Shown here piece after piece: positions 1 through 7,868 of a stretch of DNA of 47,957 bases. Each line of letters starts with the position of its first letter. The first letter of the stretch is position 1. The position numbers and the translations under genes are program-made. The notes under the pieces are model-generated. The model saw only the letters and a program-made list of their open reading frames with translations. It had not been told where the DNA came from and searched no databases. The stretch is taken from NCBI GenBank assembly GCA_013205535.1, contig JABMMN010000008.1:1-47957 (forward strand), given 5' to 3'. Source of the stretch: Candidatus Planktophila sp. Its GTDB lineage: Bacteria; Actinomycetota; Actinomycetes; Nanopelagicales; Nanopelagicaceae.

Positions 1-37
1 CAAGTCAGCTACGAGGGTTCGAATCCCTTCGGGGCTA
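1..37 (+). tRNA. 3' half of a tRNA, probably tRNA-Glu (truncated by window edge; CCA not encoded)
   Basis: T-arm GAGGG-TTCGAAT-CCCTT (13-29), acceptor 3' strand CGGGGCT and discriminator A37. It is preceded by the anticodon-loop end CAA, stem strand GTCAG and a 4-nt variable loop. An anticodon ending in C, short variable loop and A discriminator fit Glu, but the full anticodon lies outside the window. Confidence 0.8.
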
Positions 38-40
38 CGT

Positions 41-676
41 ATGATCTCTATGGTGCAGGTTCTCCCAGCCTTCATTGCCACCGCCTTTTTACTTGCGCTC
101 GTGCCTGGGCAGACAGTTGCCATGATCCTGCGCCAGGCAATCGTCGGTGGGACCAAGACTGCCTATACAACGCTGATTGGGACAAGTGGTGCCTTGATTA
201 TTTGGGGTGCAGCATCTGCCATCGGTCTCTCTGCCATATTCGCGCGATCACAAAGCGCCTATAACGCACTCAAATATGCCGGTGTCGCATTCCTTACCTT
301 TCTAGCCCTACAAACACTGTGGTCACTGCGCAAAGAGTTTGGAAAGTTTGATTATGAAGGAATGGCTACCTCTGGATTCGGGCCTGCATTTCGTCTGGGT
401 CTGATAACGAATTTAACAAATGTCAAGGCAGCGGTCTTCGCCGTTGCCTTCATCCCTGCATTTGTTCCCGCAGATTTCAATTTGGGATGGGGAATCTTTC
501 TTCTTTCGATTGTCCAAGCAATAACATCGGCATCGTGGTACTCATTTCTTGTCCACATTATCGGGCGAGCCACAACTATTCTGGCCAAACCTAAAGTACG
601 GCGTGCTCTTACCGCCTTTTCCGCTCTCGGAATCCTCTTTCTTGCTGCAACGCTCTTGCTTACCTCCCCGCGATAG
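41..676 (+). CDS. LysE/RhtB family amino-acid efflux translocator
   Basis: 211 aa, hydrophobic, N-terminal 'LALVPGQ', 'LKYAGVAFL', 'FRLGLITNLTNVKA' (NPK-like motif). Start may be the ATG at 50. Confidence 0.85.
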   Translation: MISMVQVLPAFIATAFLLALVPGQTVAMILRQAIVGGTKTAYTTLIGTSGALIIWGAASAIGLSAIFARSQSAYNALKYAGVAFLTFLALQTLWSLRKEFGKFDYEGMATSGFGPAFRLGLITNLTNVKAAVFAVAFIPAFVPADFNLGWGIFLLSIVQAITSASWYSFLVHIIGRATTILAKPKVRRALTAFSALGILFLAATLLLTSPR

Positions 677-688
677 TAAACCAAAGTG

Positions 689-943
689 CTATCGAGCCCA
701 CCTCAATAGTGGAGGAGCATCCTCAAGCATATTCTCAGCGATCCAAGATGCTCCATCTAAATTATCACCGATAGGTTGAACTACTTTTACATGAGCAAGT
801 ATTTGAAGTATCTCTCTTGAAATCTTTGCTGAATAACTGACATTTTGAGCTAGGCCACCTTGGATGAGAATCTCAGGTGAATCAGGCACCATACGTCGAA
901 AACGAGCTCAAAGTTTTTGTCTTAACTCGACATGCTTAGGCAT
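689..943 (-). pseudogene. Chimeric remnant: GntR-like regulator N-terminus fused in frame to the C-terminus of a BadF-type sugar (GlcNAc) kinase, with an internal TGA
   Basis: From ATG 943 the frame reads MPKHVELRQKL*ARFRRMVPDSP and continues EILIQGGLAQN...VVQPIGDNLDGASWIA. The first part resembles a GntR HTH start; the second resembles the GG and 'GD.LDGA' C-terminal motifs of BadF/BadG kinases. Divergent from nag genes. Confidence 0.55.
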
Positions 944-954
944 TAATTTTTATT

Positions 955-978
955 AGGTACCATAATCGTACAGTACCT
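955..978. promoter_or_regulatory. Inverted repeat AGGTAC-N12-GTACCT over divergent -10-like hexamers; possible operator
   Basis: AGGTAC (955-960) and GTACCT (973-978) enclose CATAAT (+, 961-966) and TACGAT (-, 965-970). Confidence 0.3.
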
Positions 979-1002
979 GAATTTATATGGAAAGATAGAG
1001 GG

Positions 1003-2037
1003 ATGAAAACGTCAGGCTCGGTAATGGCCTCTGAAATTTTTGAAACTCCAACAGTCTTTAGAAATATTCTAGAAAATCAGGACGTATTTGTAAATTTACA
1101 AAATTTGCTTAATAAACAAATGATTACATCAGTGTTGATTCTTGCCAGAGGTACCTCCGATAATGCTGCGCATTTCTTAAAGTATTTGATTGAGACCCAG
1201 ATTGGACTGCCTGTTGGATTGACCTCACCCTCCTCGGTGACGATTTACGACTCTAAATTGCGTTTTGAGAACACACTTGTCATTGCAATCAGTCAAAGTG
1301 GTCAGTCACCCGATTTAGTCAAGTTTGCAATGGCTGCTCGCCAGGCTAAGGCTTATTTAATCGCCATAACAAATGATGCGAACTCCCCACTAGCAGCCTG
1401 TGCACATAATCATATCCCTCTTCTTGCTGGTCCTGAGTTGGCAGTGGCGGCTACTAAGTCGTATAACGCACAGCTATTGATCTCATATCTACTAGTTGCC
1501 GCTTGGACGGGTAAGAAAGTAAATGGTGAGCAGATCGTAAGTGAGGCGACTCGTATTGTTTCAACCGTTGATCTGGTGACAAAGGCCGTCGCATCCGTCA
1601 CTCGAAATCAGGAGATCGTAATTCTTGGGCGTGGGTTTGCATACCCAAATGCCAGAGAGGCTGCCTTAAAGATTCAGGAGACGTGCAAGATCTCAGTTCA
1701 AGGCCTATCAACAGCAGATTATCTACACGGTCCAATATCAGCTTTGACTCCAGAAACCCAAGTCTTCATAGTGGCACCTAAACACATGCCGGTCTCATCA
1801 ATCACAGAGGCAAATGAAAAGATTCGTAGTGTCAATCCGCGTATCTTTTGGATAGGAAATGGAGGTACACCACAATCTACTGATCTTGTTTTGTCAGGCT
1901 CTGATTGTGATGATGAAATTCTTTCAACTATCGTTGATGCGATTGTGATTCAGAGATTTGCCTTGGAGTTCTCAGTCGCTGCAGGCTATGACCCAGATTC
2001 TCCAGCAGGTTTGAGCAAAGTCACTCTGACGAATTAA
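1003..2037 (+). CDS. SIS-domain glucosamine-6-phosphate deaminase (NagB-II, GlmS C-terminal-like)
   Basis: Two SIS domains: 'ARGTSDNA', 'AISQSGQSPD', 'VAATKSY', 'EAALKIQE', 'HGP', C-terminal 'GLSKVT'. No glutaminase domain; adjacent to nagA. Confidence 0.85.
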   Translation: MKTSGSVMASEIFETPTVFRNILENQDVFVNLQNLLNKQMITSVLILARGTSDNAAHFLKYLIETQIGLPVGLTSPSSVTIYDSKLRFENTLVIAISQSGQSPDLVKFAMAARQAKAYLIAITNDANSPLAACAHNHIPLLAGPELAVAATKSYNAQLLISYLLVAAWTGKKVNGEQIVSEATRIVSTVDLVTKAVASVTRNQEIVILGRGFAYPNAREAALKIQETCKISVQGLSTADYLHGPISALTPETQVFIVAPKHMPVSSITEANEKIRSVNPRIFWIGNGGTPQSTDLVLSGSDCDDEILSTIVDAIVIQRFALEFSVAAGYDPDSPAGLSKVTLTN

Positions 2038-3124
2038 CGAGGGTTATACCCTGTGTGGCACTGTCATAACTGAGCAAATCAGCCCTCATCCCAACAGCGA
2101 TAGAGCCTCGATCAGTTATCGAAAGTGCTTTTGCAGGATTTGTAGATGAGAGGGCAACGGCATCTACTAGTGAGATACCACAGTGCTTTATAGCGTTATT
2201 GAATGCCTGTGAGATACTCAAAGTGCTACCAGCTAATTTTTTATTATGTGCAAGTCGAGCGATGCCATCTTTTACAATTACAGGTAATTTACCGATCGTG
2301 TAATCGCCATCTATCGAGCCAGCAGCGGCCATTGCATCTGAGATAAGTATGCATCTGCTGCCAATTGCCTTAAGGATATCTGTAGCAACCTGAAATGGGA
2401 GATGGTGACCATCCAGAATTAATTCAGGCATGAGGCGTTCATCGGCCAAGATAAAAGCGGAGAAGCTATCGCTACTTAACTCTTTGTTCATGGCGTTCAT
2501 AAAGTGAGTAACCACTGTTGCTCCAGCATTTGCGCCCACTGCAGCCTGTTTGAAATCGGCATTAGTGTGACCCAGCGCCACCTTAACTCTTTGAGAGGCG
2601 ATATATGTGATTGATTCTGGTGCGCCTCTAAGTTCAGGGGCTATGGTAATCATTGCAATAGCTCCATCACCTAGTGCTACAAGCTCTTTTATCTGATCTA
2701 GATCTGGCTCGCGCAGCAACGAGGGCTCATGAGCACCACATTGTGCATGTGAGAGGTAGGGGCCCTCCAAATGGATTCCGATGATCTCATTACGATGAAA
2801 AAATGGGACCAGTCGCGCAATCTGCCGCTTCAAATCCTCTATGGATTCGGTGACGAGTGATGCCATGACGCCGGTGGTACCGAGAGCTCTATGGGAGGAA
2901 ATCACAGCCCTGATCTCATCATCACTTGATGCTGAGAAGTAATGGCCCCCACCACCATGACAGTGGATGTCGATAAAGCCAGGGATGAGGGTTCCGGTGA
3001 CCACAATGTGTGGGGCGCGATGCAGACCAGGGGATAGGGCAGAGATTATTCCTTTTTCTACCTCGACCCATAGCGAATCAACAAGCCCACGATTGATGAC
3101 CGCGCTATTGGCCTGGATAATCAC
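2021..3124 (-). CDS. nagA: N-acetylglucosamine-6-phosphate deacetylase
   Basis: 'PGFIDIHCHGGGG', 'HLEGPYL', 'GHTNA', 'THFMNAM', 'DGHH', 'LISDAM', 'LAGS'. Confidence 0.92.
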   Translation of the reverse strand: MIIQANSAVINRGLVDSLWVEVEKGIISALSPGLHRAPHIVVTGTLIPGFIDIHCHGGGGHYFSASSDDEIRAVISSHRALGTTGVMASLVTESIEDLKRQIARLVPFFHRNEIIGIHLEGPYLSHAQCGAHEPSLLREPDLDQIKELVALGDGAIAMITIAPELRGAPESITYIASQRVKVALGHTNADFKQAAVGANAGATVVTHFMNAMNKELSSDSFSAFILADERLMPELILDGHHLPFQVATDILKAIGSRCILISDAMAAAGSIDGDYTIGKLPVIVKDGIARLAHNKKLAGSTLSISQAFNNAIKHCGISLVDAVALSSTNPAKALSITDRGSIAVGMRADLLSYDSATQGITLVNSSE

Positions 3125-3208
3125 ACTCGTAGTTTAACCTGTAATGACATTCCTTCACATAGAATTGCTAACAGAAAAGGCGCTTCTTATTCAACATTGG
3201 AGACAAAC

Positions 3209-3556
3209 ATGGCTGTAGCGAAAAAGAGTGTTGCAAAGAGAGCGGTTATCTCTCCAGCGCGAACCGGAGTTGACTGGAAATCACTCTATCTCTACGCGGT
3301 CTGTTTGATTACGTTAATGGTTGTTCTCTTTTCAGTCATTAGTTTTATCAATGGTATTTTAGGCGTTGCTTTACCAGAGTCCACCTACATCGATCCATAT
3401 GCGACAACTGCGGTTAAACCAGATGCAGCCGTACTGGCTGCCCAAGAGTCAAATGAGCAACGTCGTGCCGTGAGGGGCATGCTGGGCTCTTTAGTCACCT
3501 TCGCTGTTGCAGCGCCTTTGTATCTCTATCACTGGCGCCAGACCAAAACTATTTAG
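3209..3556 (+). CDS. Small two-TM membrane protein, DUF5671-like
   Basis: 'LYLYAVCLITLMVVLFS' and 'PLYLYHWR' TM segments. ATG 3209 preferred over TTG 3197. Confidence 0.6.
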   Translation: MAVAKKSVAKRAVISPARTGVDWKSLYLYAVCLITLMVVLFSVISFINGILGVALPESTYIDPYATTAVKPDAAVLAAQESNEQRRAVRGMLGSLVTFAVAAPLYLYHWRQTKTI

Positions 3557-4434
3557 CCCGCTAAAACTTTAGAGATCGCCGCGGTATGGGTCGGGGATGA
3601 GCCACAACATGAACCAACGATATTGACGCCCATAGTCTGCATCTTTACTGCCCACTTGGCCATCTCCTCTGGTGTTCCATCGTAGACAAACTCATCACCT
3701 TGAAGTTTTGGTAGCCCTGCATTTGACTGCGCAATTATAAATATGCCATCGGGGCGTGCATTCACCATCTCTTGCGCGATAAGCGTCATTTCATCCGTGC
3801 CCCGGCCACAGTTGGCTCCAATAATACGAACGCCAAGCCCGGCTAAGTGAGTGATGGCCATTCCCGGCTTGACACCCATCATCGTCCGCAGATTTGTATC
3901 AAAGCTCATAGTGGCGATAATCGGTAGATCAGGTGCAACCTCTTTTGCTGCATTAACTGCGGCCTCAACCTCACCTAAATCAGACATAGTCTCAATAAGA
4001 ATCGCATCGACGCCACCTGCAACAAGTCCGCGAATTTGTTCGGTAAATAGAGCCTGTCCACTTTCTAGAGTCATCGTGCCCATAGGCTCCATCAAATCTC
4101 CCGATGGTCCGATATCACCCATGACAAAGCAGCCTGGATGCCGATCGGCGACCTTGCGTGCAATCTGAGCACCGGCTTTGTTGAGCTCAAAGAGGCGATC
4201 TTCAAGGCCATGCATTGCAAGGCGGCCACGTGTGCCACCAAAAGTATTGGTAGTGATAAAGCGCGCACCTGCAGCAGCATATGCCTCGAGCACTGCCTCA
4301 ATTTCGCCAGGTTTATCTACGTTCCAGAGTTCAGGGGCGCCACCATCAGTTAATCCACGATCTTGCAACATTGTTCCCATCGCACCGTCGGATGTAAGTA
4401 CTCCCTTTTCAAGTGCCTCATAGATAGCTGACAT
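3553..4434 (-). CDS. Stand-alone homocysteine S-methyltransferase (MetH N-terminal/Bmt-like domain)
   Basis: 'DGAMGTML', 'TNTFG', 'IETMSD', Zn ligands 'GANCG' and 'GSCCG', 'SNAGLP'. 293 aa, without the pterin or cobalamin domains. Confidence 0.9.
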   Translation of the reverse strand: MSAIYEALEKGVLTSDGAMGTMLQDRGLTDGGAPELWNVDKPGEIEAVLEAYAAAGARFITTNTFGGTRGRLAMHGLEDRLFELNKAGAQIARKVADRHPGCFVMGDIGPSGDLMEPMGTMTLESGQALFTEQIRGLVAGGVDAILIETMSDLGEVEAAVNAAKEVAPDLPIIATMSFDTNLRTMMGVKPGMAITHLAGLGVRIIGANCGRGTDEMTLIAQEMVNARPDGIFIIAQSNAGLPKLQGDEFVYDGTPEEMAKWAVKMQTMGVNIVGSCCGSSPTHTAAISKVLAG

Positions 4435-4730
4435 TATTTCTCTCCCATACTCTCAAGTAAGGCCTCTAATTTTTCAACGCTCAAATCACCCTCTAGTTCA
4501 CTAACGATACGCGCTGCAAGAAGATCGGGTCTATCACTTGCCTCAACCCATGGATCACGATTCCATCCAGCGGTGTATGCATCGGCATCGATCTCACCCA
4601 GGCGCATTGCCGCCTCATCGATCGCCTCTTGAAACCGTGCTGCCAGCATTACCTTAATAGTTGTCTCACCTTCACGTGCGATTACCATTGACGGTATCTC
4701 ACGCCAGCGCATGATCTGATATTGGCTCAT
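4434..4730 (-). CDS. 'Virulence factor' family (PF13769-like) small protein, coupled to the homocysteine methyltransferase gene
   Basis: 'WREIPSMV...L.ARFQEAIDEAAMR...DAY...W' pattern. Its stop overlaps the downstream ATG at 4434. Confidence 0.7.
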   Translation of the reverse strand: MSQYQIMRWREIPSMVIAREGETTIKVMLAARFQEAIDEAAMRLGEIDADAYTAGWNRDPWVEASDRPDLLAARIVSELEGDLSVEKLEALLESMGEK

Positions 4731-4759
4731 ACCTCAATTCTATAGGGGAGAGATGTGCT

Positions 4760-6334
4760 TCAACACTTTTTAATCTTGAGGACCACATTGCGATCTTTTG
4801 CCTCTCCATCGGCCCAACTCACATCGTGCTTAGCGCCAAGCTCTGATCGCTTTTGCCAGACATTGGCACTTACTACTCGAGACAGCGCTGCCATTTCAGT
4901 AGGACTTGTAGCATCACCATAGTCCGCGCTACCTGCGTGATCGACGATACTGAGCCCAAAGTAAATGTCACCCAAAGAATCGCTCACAATCTCAACAGTG
5001 CGTGACTGCTGTGGCCAATCGGCGTGAGAGGCGGTCTCAATGTGCCAAAACCCATGGACCTCCTCCTTGGTTCCGACCCACTCGATGTGATGGCGGTGTT
5101 CATGTCCAGCAAACCAAGCGATGATCTGTGGATATTTCAGGAGCATCTCACGTATCTCTTCGATACAGACGCGCCTTCCTACCGGCGCATAATCGTTGAA
5201 CATGGTGCTCAGCGGATGGTGGGAGGCGAGAACTACTGCTCTATCACTATTGCTGATCTCCTGTTCGAGCCACTCAAACTGTTCGACATCGAGTGAGCCC
5301 TGCCAACCCCCAAAGTGATTGACGCTATCTATAACAATAAGTTTGACTGCTCCAACATTAGTTGAATAGTACATATGTTTATTTTCAACGTGATCTTGAG
5401 TGAAGCCATGACCTTTGGGAAGTCCAGGAGATGCAACGTGCATCGCTGCATACTCACCACGCTCAACTGCACGTCGTTGTAAATCGGCAGTGACTTCTAC
5501 GAATGGCGCATCTCCAGCTTTGGGATAACTTGCAGGACCGATCTCTTGAAACTTACCAAGCACATCCCCAAGACTCACATCCGTTGGCAGCCCGATGTAG
5601 CGCTTACCACCGATGAGCTCAGAATTAATCTGTGGTTCAGGTGCAACCGTGCCCTGTAGTAGAGCATCGTGATTGCCGTGTACTGCATACCAAGGGAATC
5701 TAAGCCCCGTAGCTTTGAAGGCTTTGCGGCAAGAGTTCAAAAGATTGGGTACTACAGGAAAACCATATTTAGTTCGTGCATCATCATCTGTTTTTCCTAC
5801 CGGAGTGCCATGAGGGTGCCAGTATCGTGTGTCGTAATGCTCTGCACCATCATCGATTACACCCTCGTATTTACTGTTCTCTCCTGAATCAGGGCGAAAC
5901 TCTAAGCCATCCAATAAAGCCAAGTACCAGCTCACCTCATTTAACTGTGCATTATCAGTCGTATCTCCCGTAATAATCGCGCCATCAATGGGATGTCCCG
6001 AAAGCGGGCCAACGGTAATGGTGTTGAGAGATTGAATCATCGCCTCGACAACATGTGGTGAGAGCATCGCATGTGGGCGATAAGTACCGATAGTTCCAAC
6101 TTTTTCTCGGATAGGGCTATCAGGATCTGCCCATCGATCCAAATACTCTGGACGGGTGGGTGACTGCGCATCACATACATGTAGATCTGATAAGTGATGC
6201 ATGATGAGCAAGGGAGTGCTCACTGCAGGGAAGTCATGTCCGATATGAGACTCATCCTTATTCTTGACAAGGTTGCGCCATCCTAAAGCGTTTGCTTCAC
6301 CCCTGACATAGCTCACAGTTTGGATTCTAGCCAT
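4760..6334 (-). CDS. Calcineurin-like metallophosphoesterase, TIGR03767-like
   Basis: 'SDLHVCDAQSP.R', 'TGDTTDN', 'GNHD', 'SHH', 'AGHEH', 'TASHADWPQQSR'. ATG 6334 preferred over TTG 6364; no signal peptide evident. Confidence 0.8.
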   Translation of the reverse strand: MARIQTVSYVRGEANALGWRNLVKNKDESHIGHDFPAVSTPLLIMHHLSDLHVCDAQSPTRPEYLDRWADPDSPIREKVGTIGTYRPHAMLSPHVVEAMIQSLNTITVGPLSGHPIDGAIITGDTTDNAQLNEVSWYLALLDGLEFRPDSGENSKYEGVIDDGAEHYDTRYWHPHGTPVGKTDDDARTKYGFPVVPNLLNSCRKAFKATGLRFPWYAVHGNHDALLQGTVAPEPQINSELIGGKRYIGLPTDVSLGDVLGKFQEIGPASYPKAGDAPFVEVTADLQRRAVERGEYAAMHVASPGLPKGHGFTQDHVENKHMYYSTNVGAVKLIVIDSVNHFGGWQGSLDVEQFEWLEQEISNSDRAVVLASHHPLSTMFNDYAPVGRRVCIEEIREMLLKYPQIIAWFAGHEHRHHIEWVGTKEEVHGFWHIETASHADWPQQSRTVEIVSDSLGDIYFGLSIVDHAGSADYGDATSPTEMAALSRVVSANVWQKRSELGAKHDVSWADGEAKDRNVVLKIKKC

Positions 6335-6385
6335 TAATAAAGTATTTTTCACCACTACCGCCAATTATTCACGTATGCTTCATGT

Positions 6386-7120
6386 ATGCTCGAATATATT
6401 TTCGTCTTCTTTGTCGCAATTCTGGTTGGTGCAATCAACGGAGTGGCAGGCGGAGCATCAGTGATCTCTTACCCAGTCTTGTTGGCAACGGGAATGCCGC
6501 CGGTAACTGCTGCCATCACAAATGCCCTAGGCGTAACCCCTGCAAACTTCTTTGCTCTCATCTCTGTACGTCATCAGATGCGCGCATTTTTGAGAGAGTA
6601 TCGCCAGCTCATCACTATTTCAATTGCGGGTTCGATAATCGGGGCAGTACTGCTCTTGAGCGTGCCACCCCGTGTATTTGAAATGATCGTTCCCTTTCTG
6701 CTCTTATTCGCTAGTTTCTCTTTTTTGATCAGGCCAAAACCTGATCGTGGTAGGCACCAAAGGTTGGTCGAGAAAATCACGATTGGAGCAAGTGGCTTTT
6801 ACTGCGGTTATTTCGGGCCAGGCCAGGGTGTGATTGTCATCGCCGCACTGGCGCGCGATGCAGCGCGAGATCCCAAGACGCTCAACACCATTAAAAATGT
6901 AATCGTGGGTTGGACATCCATAATCTCCAACATCATCTATGTTTTTAGCGGCCGTGCGCAGTGGTCATTTGTCATCGCCCTGGCTCTGGGCGCCAGCATC
7001 GGAGGCGGGGTGGGTGGGCTGTGGGCAGGTCGTATCTCCCCAGCCTTCTACCGTGCTTTGATTATCACCGTGGGCTTTGGCGCATCGCTCTGGCTCTTTC
7101 ACCGCTACTACCTGGCGTAA
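6386..7120 (+). CDS. TauE/SafE (sulfite exporter) family membrane protein
   Basis: 'GAINGVAGGA', 'PPVTAAITN', 'GFYCGYFGPGQG'; about 8 TM segments. Confidence 0.8.
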   Translation: MLEYIFVFFVAILVGAINGVAGGASVISYPVLLATGMPPVTAAITNALGVTPANFFALISVRHQMRAFLREYRQLITISIAGSIIGAVLLLSVPPRVFEMIVPFLLLFASFSFLIRPKPDRGRHQRLVEKITIGASGFYCGYFGPGQGVIVIAALARDAARDPKTLNTIKNVIVGWTSIISNIIYVFSGRAQWSFVIALALGASIGGGVGGLWAGRISPAFYRALIITVGFGASLWLFHRYYLA

Positions 7121-7149
7121 AGGGCTCGCCAGCGCAGGCTATCAATCTG

Positions 7150-7168
7150 TATATCACTGATATATCAT
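7150..7168 (+). promoter_or_regulatory. GntR-type operator palindromes overlapping a leaderless -10 box
   Basis: TATATCA-C-TGATATA (7150-7164) and overlapping perfect palindrome TGATATATCA (7158-7167). TATCAT (7163-7168) lies 7 nt before the ATG at 7176. Confidence 0.65.
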
Positions 7169-7175
7169 CACCTCC

Positions 7176-7838
7176 ATGAGCCAGGTCATCCCGATTCTTC
7201 GCCGTGAGAGCACATCGCTCTCAGAGCAGGCCTACAGCCAGATCCGCTCGATGATCATCACATTAGAGCTTGAGCCCGGCTCCCTGATCAGTGAGAGCGA
7301 GTTGATGGCAACACTTTCAGTTGGTCGCACTCCGATTCGTGAGGCGTTGCGCCTGCTTGCAAATGAGAAATTGGTTGAGGTCTATCCACGCCGTGGAATG
7401 TTTGTCTCTCGCGTGGATGTGCATAATCTCTCTGCCCTTTCTGAGACGCGGGCAGTTCTGGAGATCAAAGCGGCCGAACTTGCAGCCACAAGATCTAGCG
7501 CGGCAGATCACGTTGTCACCAAGGCTCTTATCGCCGAGATAAAGGCACTTAAGGGCAATCTTGATATGGCGACACTGATCGGACTTGATCAGAGGATTCA
7601 CCATCATATTTATCAGTGCACTCATAATGATTTTCTTACCGCCGCTCTAGATAATTACTACGCACATGCACTGCGTATATGGTTTTTAGCTTTAGAGCGC
7701 GTTGCGGGCCTGACTGAGGCGGTTATCGAACATCAAGTGCTTCTTGAGGCGATTGCCAGTGGAGATGCCAAGGCTGCGGCAAAGGCGATGCGTGATCACG
7801 TTGAGGGCTTTGAAGCATCGATTCGTAAATCTCTATAA
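7176..7838 (+). CDS. GntR family (FCD/FadR subfamily) transcriptional regulator
   Basis: HTH 'ISESELMATLSVGRTPIREALRLL'; FCD 'DQRIHHHI...EHQVLLEAI...MRDHV'. Confidence 0.92.
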   Translation: MSQVIPILRRESTSLSEQAYSQIRSMIITLELEPGSLISESELMATLSVGRTPIREALRLLANEKLVEVYPRRGMFVSRVDVHNLSALSETRAVLEIKAAELAATRSSAADHVVTKALIAEIKALKGNLDMATLIGLDQRIHHHIYQCTHNDFLTAALDNYYAHALRIWFLALERVAGLTEAVIEHQVLLEAIASGDAKAAAKAMRDHVEGFEASIRKSL

Positions 7839-7868
7839 CCCACCACTAAAAAAACGAGGAAAACAGTT

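Noticed and set aside
908-910. In-frame TGA as selenocysteine or a recoded stop
   Set aside because: Not at a catalytic Cys position, no SECIS-like hairpin noticed, and other genes here use TGA as a normal stop.
1003-2037. glmS (glucosamine-6-phosphate synthase)
   Set aside because: It lacks the N-terminal glutaminase domain; size and the nagA neighbour fit the catabolic deaminase.
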